Shown here: in pieces, positions 31,867 to 32,000 of the stretch
Layout: each line of letters begins with the position of its first letter
Numbering within the stretch: the first letter of the stretch is position 1
Assembly (NCBI RefSeq): GCF_001644705.1
Contig: NZ_CP015137.1
Coordinates: 2,040,001-2,072,000, forward strand
Length of the DNA stretch: 32,000 nt
Origin: Dickeya solani IPO 2222
GTDB taxonomy: Bacteria; Pseudomonadota; Gammaproteobacteria; Enterobacterales; Enterobacteriaceae
Direction of reading: 5' to 3'
Position numbers and translations under genes: made by a program
Notes under the pieces: generated by a model
What the model was told of the DNA's origin: nothing
What the model saw: only the letters and a program-made list of their open reading frames with translations
Databases searched by the model: none

Positions 31867-32000
31867 ATGGATACCAATACGATGATAACAGGTGTGATTC
31901 TGGCCGGTGGCCAGTCATCCCGCATGGGAGGAAATGATAAAGGGTTGATTGAACTGGAGGGCAAACCGCTCTATCAGCACGTTCTTGATCGTCTGAAGCC
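31867..32000 (+). CDS. mobA: Molybdenum cofactor guanylyltransferase, 5' part (truncated by the window edge)
   Basis: [44 protein letters not shown] parallels the E. coli MobA N-terminus (ITGVVLAGGKARRMGG.DKGL). It is divergent from yihD, as in E. coli. Confidence 0.85.
   Translation, partial: MDTNTMITGVILAGGQSSRMGGNDKGLIELEGKPLYQHVLDRLK

Overview
This window looks like conserved chromosomal backbone of an Enterobacterales genome. Most proteins align over long stretches with E. coli K-12 orthologues as I recall them. The G/C-rich third codon positions and the gene order differ from E. coli and resemble Pectobacteriaceae (Dickeya-like); that is an unverified impression. Gene order, left to right: unidentified 3' gene end | tRNA-Pro(CGG) (-) | eptB (-) | ligB (-) | gmk-rpoZ-spoT-trmH-recG (+) | xanP (+) | yicH (+) | yiiD-dtd-yihX (-, read right to left) | typA/bipA (-) | glnA-glnL-glnG (+, with NtrC enhancer and sigma54 promoter) | ERIC-like repeat | yshB-like small ORF (+) | hemN (-) | unlisted 58-codon ORF (-) | yihI (-) | engB (+) | Spot 42/spf (-) | polA (-) | dsbA-srkA-yihD (-) | mobA 5' end (+). 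All large ORFs are intact. I found no transposase, integrase, CRISPR array, toxin-antitoxin pair or defence-like gene, and no evidence for a novel multi-gene system. The items worth a second look are small. (1) An unlisted 58-codon membrane-type ORF exactly fills the yihI-hemN gap. (2) A 40-codon yshB-like ORF was missed by the ORF track. (3) polA carries an in-frame 16-codon excess in the 3'-5' exonuclease domain relative to E. coli. (4) An ERIC-family repeat has a diverged core. (5) The glnA 3'UTR could yield a GlnZ-type sRNA. (6) A PurR-like palindrome lies upstream of xanP. (7) Several synteny junctions differ from E. coli K-12. The many long ORFs antisense to real genes are judged to be GC3-driven shadow ORFs.
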